In this document: one piece after another, positions 47,493-64,000 of the stretch
Layout: each line of letters opens with the position of its first letter
Numbering within the stretch: position 1 is the stretch's first letter
Origin: Amoebidium appalachense
Taxonomy: Eukaryota; Protista; Ichthyosporea
Length of the DNA: 64,000 nucleotides
Reading direction: 5' to 3'
Assembly (NCBI GenBank): GCA_963693365.1
Contig: CAVNZM010000002.1
Span: forward strand, 9,645,059 to 9,709,058
The notes under the pieces: model-generated
Seen by the model: only the letters and a program-made list of their open reading frames with translations
Databases searched by the model: none
What the model was told of the DNA's origin: nothing
Translations under genes and position numbers: made by a program

Positions 47493-48433
47493 TTCTCTAT
47501 CTCCGTGTGTGCTTCGGCGCACGTCTAAAACTTGCTCCCTTCACAGCCTTGTTATAACCTAGAAGTCAACTTGAAGTCACTTGAAGATGCCATGTCATAG
47601 GATGAGATTGACCCTTGCTATATCTACATCTAGTGTCTAACCTTCAACGAAATGTGAAGGGGATGGTGCCCAAAGCCTTTCCTGAATGAACCTCGGTGAT
47701 CTCTATAAAAACTTTGTAGGAGAGCTCCAAAAGCATCAGCAAGCAGTAGCCTGCCAGATATGAAGTAAACACAGCTTTATCCGGCTTGAAAGTGACTTTT
47801 GAAAGATTTGACCAATCGATAAAAGCTACCATATTTGTTTATGTGTCCTGTTTCTGGATTGGTCACGGTTGCAACACCCCGGTTACACCCGGCAGTGGGG
47901 CCGTGGGCCCGGGCCGGCAGCGCTAAGCCGGCCAGCAGGCTGGACGGCACAGAACTCGACCGACAACACACGGCTAACGTCTCGAGGGAGCTAGTTCTCG
48001 GTAACGCTAGTCAAAAATCACACACGCAGGTCTACCAGAAGCTCACTACTGACGTGGACCAGCAAACTGAAACGGTACATATCATGCCTGCGTCCCCCAC
48101 ACGCACCATGCACCACGACAACGTGCACATTCCCATCGATGGGCTGAATGATTGCAAACTTTCCCAGTGCTTAGCACTACCACATTGGTCATCACCGGCC
48201 GAGTATGAGCTGGCAGGTAAACATGCGTTGTTGATGGTGTGAAGGAGTTTTTATCTGTTACTCTAACTCTATAGCTGCATGTGTAACTTGAATCCGGGCG
48301 TCTGTGGCCTCCCAATACCATCACTGAGGTCCCCCCTTCCCCCCCCCCCCCCCCCCTCTCCCCGCCCCACGACGTGCACCCCCCCCCAGGGCCTACCCCC
48401 CAACTTCATCAGGCTCTCTCCGGAAGAAGGGGG

Positions 48434-48485
<52 letters not shown>

Positions 48486-49268
48486 TTGTAGTAGAGTTTA
48501 ACATGCACGTGCGCACACACACACACCATGTCATGCACAAGGATCATGCTTGCACACACCCGCATCCATGATCATGATCAGCAGCAGGCTGTAGAATCAT
48601 ACATGCCAGGACAATGTGTCAGCTAGAACAAAAGACGTCCGTAAATCCATTTTATTACTGTTTTATCTTCGCCACTGCACAAACAGTGCAGGTTCCTTGA
48701 GATCAGCCTAACTGACCTTTGCGTTAACATATTGCTGATAGTTACGTTTGCCACATTGAAATGCCCTTAACAAGGTGCTGCATAAAATCAAATAAGTGCC
48801 ACAAAAAAAAAAAAAAAAAAAAATAGAATATGCTTCTATAATGAACAAAACGAAATGTATGGTTACGGTGTGTTCCAAAATCGGGGGCTTGTACAGGGCT
48901 GTGTGCATAGTGCATGTGCTTGCTCGTGTTAAAACAGTTGCTAGCTAGCCTCTACCAAAAGTAATTCACCACAGTACGGATGTTACATAATTCCCTTACA
49001 GCATGCAGAGAAGGGCAAACATATGACAGCCATCATAAGAACTACCCTTACACTCGACAGTAAACTAATCAGAACCACACAGACCCTCACAGTCACGCCA
49101 TATCGTATCAACAAGCATACACACAGAGCACCGAATGTGCTTGACACACACATACTGCATCAAGCCCCCAAGCCATCCCTCATCTCCTGTGACTGTCACT
49201 AGCCTACACTACAATTTTTTTCAACGCGGTTTCGGCCTTTTGAGGACCCACTTTTTCTTTAACCCTAT

Positions 49269-54700
<5,432 letters not shown>

Positions 54701-54855
54701 ATTTGCCAAAGAGCTGTGTTTCAGAGAGGGAAAAAAGGGGGATCAGAACAGAAAAAAAATAACAAAAAAAGAGTCTTGGCTCTACTTGTCAATCTTTGGG
54801 GGTTTAAGATTTGGGGTGGGTGAGTAAGTGGTGGTAATGGTGGTGTAAAAAAAAA

Positions 54856-54914
54856 GGGGGGGGGGGGGGGGGGGGGGGGGGGGAGGGGGGGGAGGGGGGG
54901 GGGGGGGAGGGGGG

Positions 54915-54972
<58 letters not shown>
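54856..54972. repeat. Near-pure poly-G tract (about 117 nt) upstream of the MYND start codon
   Basis: Direct reading; length may be inflated by the sequencing technology. Confidence 0.8.
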
Positions 54973-54976
<4 letters not shown>

Positions 54977-55618
54977 GCCAGCTGCTGTTGGTGTCCGGTC
55001 AAGTGTACTGATTTCTGTAAGTGGGTTAGAGCTACTGCAAAAAAAAAAAAAAAAAAATCAACCCTGTTACTAGGGCACTAACCTTTATGCTAACGGGCTA
55101 GTTGTGTAATCTTAGTTGGCTGAAAAATAGGTTTTTCTTTCTTGGGGTACTCTCTGTAAATTGAGCTTGGTGGTGGTGACTCAGGTGAGTCGACGTTGGC
55201 CTCAAAACAAAGTTTTGTGTCGAACATTTGTAACCCTTGCTAGTCAGCTGTGATTGGTTTGTTGGCAATACCTAAAGCAAGGTATGGCATACTTCAATGC
55301 ATGATAAAGGTCCTATTTAAGAACTTTAAGACGGGTTTGTCATTGCTTAGTTCTAATGATTGCATGTGATTTGCTAATAGCGCACCTGTTATGACCTTCC
55401 TTGGCAACATCCTTACGGACTATCTATTGGATTACAGAGCATCAGATGCATTCCATCGAACGTCGACAGGAGAGTAGTGGACATTCAACCCGTGTATGCG
55501 TGTGTGCGTGCGTGTGTTTTCGCACGTGTGTTGGGGAACACGCGGTGTGTGTGTGTGTGTGTGTACGGTGTGTGCTGCTGCGTGAGTTCGGTGTGCGTGC
55601 GTGCGTGCGTGCGCGTGT

Positions 55619-55649
<31 letters not shown>

Positions 55650-55888
55650 CAGTGAGTGTGTGTGTGTGTGCGTGTGTGCGCGTATGCCACCTGTGTGTAT
55701 CTGTGTCTGTGTGTGCCTGTGTGTGTGTGTGTGTGCGTGTGTGTGTACGTATTTTTGTACATATGCGACGTAGTTTTTGTGTATGTATGTGTGCGTGTAT
55801 GTGCGTATATGTGCGTGTGTGCGTGTGCGCGCAAGTGCGCGTGTGTGTGTGTGTGTGTGTGTGTGTGACAGTGTGTCTGTGTGTGTTG

Positions 55889-55962
<74 letters not shown>

Positions 55963-56218
55963 CATGTGTGTGTGTGTGTGTGTTTACCCCGCCCAAGGCA
56001 GAATTAAGCTATTGGCAGAATTGGCTAAGTCTAGACCGGGCGGCGGGTATGGAAGTTGATAGAATTGGCATGATATCGATTGGTATGCAGCTAAGTGAAC
56101 GTAGTTGGCTGTAATTGGTTGATTTGAATGAGTCTGCGACTTGGGCACTGGGTGTATAAAAAAATAGATTTATATCACTTCGGTTAGGGTAGCTTTTGGT
56201 GCACACAGATTTCTGACA

Positions 56219-56249
<31 letters not shown>

Positions 56250-57529
56250 TCGATGGGGAGATTGTAAAGGCACGACGCCAGGTCCCCAAAGAATCAAAAT
56301 GATTCACTTTTTTTTTTTTTTTTTTTTTGATCTGTGGATAGTGGAGGAGTATCGCACATTTTATAACGAGGTCTGGATCATTTTAGGACCTGACGATAAG
56401 TAAATGAACTATATCCCACATTATCCTTGATGTATGTGTTTCTATGTTCTATTAGGTGCTTCCGTTATGGTTCTTTTTGGGCCGCTAGCAAATAGCACTC
56501 GTTCCATATTAGGCATCTCTGCACGATTATTCTATGTATATCTCGTTGCCCAAGCGTGTAACAGTTATTGCTTAAGCAGCCTTACTCTGGTGTATTACTA
56601 ATTATAAGCATAGCATGTATTTCATAACAGTAGCTGTGGTTTTTGCAATACTAGCTATAGGCTCGACAGAAAGCACCTAGGTGAACCGATGTTGGCATGC
56701 AAGCATGTTAGTTCAGGTTGTTCCGTTTTCTGTTCGGTTGCTGGCATTTACGCGCTATCCCAATATTAATACCACCACCTTTCAACATTTGCTGGATATC
56801 AAAAGGTGTGATTATAATTTCTATGACAGTGTTAAGTTACTCTTACATGGCTAACATTTTGGACCCTTGTTGAACCCCGTAGTGGTGAGTTAATATCTGA
56901 CTCGAGTTTCGAAGTCCGATGGTTGAAATTTCGCTGTTGGTATATCTCGTTGGATATATGGTGAAGCTATCCATCTAAGCGACTATCTCGTTGTGTCTAT
57001 GGGGGTTGTACTATATATCAATTTTAGCCCTGTCTGATGCATATTATCCGATTTAAACGAGCCTTTTAAAAAGAGTGTCGTGCAAAACAGAAGAACCAGA
57101 CTGCATGTAACACATTCACACAAAGAAGTGATATGTTATAACTAAGTTCTGTGTCAAAATTTCCGAAGCAATTGTCGAATCTACTCTTGCAGGAGAACTT
57201 ATTCCACTCATAGCGCAGGCTCATTCTGCTGACGTAAGTGTTCAAGCCACGTCCTGGGCCGCCCTCCAGCCGTGTAACAATTGAATATTCGAATGTACAA
57301 ACTCTGCGGCACCCCTCGTCTAGTGTGCGGTAATGCTGGAAAGCACGGTAAGAAACACATGCACACAAGGGGCAGTGCTCCCAACGTTTCCCAGATTATA
57401 GGCCGTGTGAACCGGTATGGAACGTGACCTTAAAAAAGCAAAAGGTGGTATGTGTGTGTGTGTGCACGTGTGTGTGTGTGTGTGTGTGTGTGCGTGTGCG
57501 TGTGTACACGGGTGTGTGTGTGTGTACAC

Positions 57530-57565
<36 letters not shown>

Positions 57566-58745
57566 CAGTGTGTGTGGTGTGTGCGTTTGTGGTGTGTGTG
57601 TGTGTGTACACATGTGTGTGTGGGTGGGAGGAGGGGGGGGGGGGGGGGGGGGGGGAGAGGGCAAGGGGGGGTGTCCATGATCCGTGGCATCACTTGGCCT
57701 AGCTTGGCATTTCTAATATTCCCGGCCCGCCTGTGCACGTGGTAAGCATGTCTTCAACATAATTATGTGTGGGATATCGTAGCTAGAAGTTTCACAATGA
57801 CCCAACCGATCTCTGATTTACTACGGGGTACGTACGGGTACCAATCTTTGGGCCACAGATAGATTGCAATAATGAAAAATGACTACCGTATATACGTAGT
57901 ATGGTTTTAAATCGTTGCACCTCATTTACCAAGTCTTAGAGCGTTTACAAGAAATGCCATGCTATATACGCTCAACTTTGCTAGGACCATTTCCATCTTA
58001 CCTTCAAATTTATCTTTACCACAACGTCATGGACATGGCATTCTTCAAATAGTACATGCATGTCTAATCTATACAAACGAATCACACCTCTGCACATACG
58101 GGCATAGCTACATGCATATTTTTAATAGAATAATTATAAACGTGTGTGCCTGTGCTCACATATGTATCAACAAATGGTATAAGATCCGCTCCCCAAAAAA
58201 AAAAACGACTTCATGACCGTATAATTATAACATATGCCTAGTATGATCACGACATAGGTCAGCGTTCATGGAAATTAACAAGTAATGATATTTATAAGCG
58301 GTAACCAAATATATGTATGTACTTTAAAACAATTGATATTATTTCTGCATACGTAAGACCGATTAGGCAATCATCTTCCAGACATCTACTTATACATATC
58401 TGCATAATAAGTACACGTCATAATGGCCAGCTCAACTTTTGCTATGAGCTAACTCGTGAAACTACTATATTAGAAAATATTCATACATATTATGGACTTA
58501 TACTAAACCAACACTAACTTAAAGACGTACATTTGTCCCAAAAAGCGCAGTGTGGTCACATTCTATAAAGCCCCCACAGTAAGGTCCCGAAAATTACAAC
58601 ATGCCTTCCAGTATGTAATCCTTTCCACACCACTACTTACCCATTCCCCCCCCCCCCCCCCCCCCCCCCCCCTCCCCCCCCGGGTGTGTGTTGTATTTGT
58701 GTACTGTATGTCCTCTATCCCAACATAACATTACGTCTCTCGTCG

Positions 58746-63808
<5,063 letters not shown>

Positions 63809-64000
63809 CTGGTCGAAAAAGCAGGGAATTGGCATAAGCTTCAATGCTTAATTTTAATTGTTTGTTGTTTTTTCTTTATTTATAAAATATTTAGTGGAGA
63901 AGTTGGGGGGGGGGGGGGGGGGGAAGGGTAGAGGGGTGAGAAGGGAAATTGAGGCGCCGGTTGTGGATTTGGAAATTAGAGGGGAAAATAAAGAAGAGTG

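Noticed and set aside
47835-48242. 135-aa ORF or structured GC-rich RNA upstream of the BIG start
   Set aside because: No recognisable protein motif and no match by eye to SRP, snRNA or tRNA; left unassigned.

Overview
Intron-rich eukaryotic DNA, probably an opisthokont: the BIG/Sec7 protein is animal-like, so a unicellular holozoan is plausible but not provable from this window. Almost all ORFs in the supplied track are artefacts of (CA/TG)n, (GA)n and poly-G/C tracts. Four spliced genes were rebuilt by hand using GT-AG sites and phase matching: (1) a 2-exon + strand Ser-rich protein (390-2917); (2) a complete 42-exon, 1714-aa BIG1/BIG2-type Sec7 ARF-GEF on the - strand (47492-13306); (3) a 6-exon MYND-finger protein on the - strand (54700-49269); (4) the 3' part of a PAS-domain protein on the - strand (beyond 64000 to 58746). 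Region 3.4-12.1 kb is an accessory stretch. It holds a decayed non-LTR retrotransposon, an intronless frameshifted bile-salt-hydrolase/penicillin-V-acylase gene with signal peptide and membrane anchor, a frameshifted small secreted protein, and a retroposed insertion with a target-site duplication (TSD). The most unusual features are a strand-polarised intron architecture (poly-C after donors, (CA)n abutting acceptors), a family of 75-140-bp intronic repeats always anchored on poly-G/C, and decayed copies of exon ends in downstream introns. Homopolymer lengths may be inflated by sequencing or assembly. No database searches were run; family assignments rest on recalled motifs.
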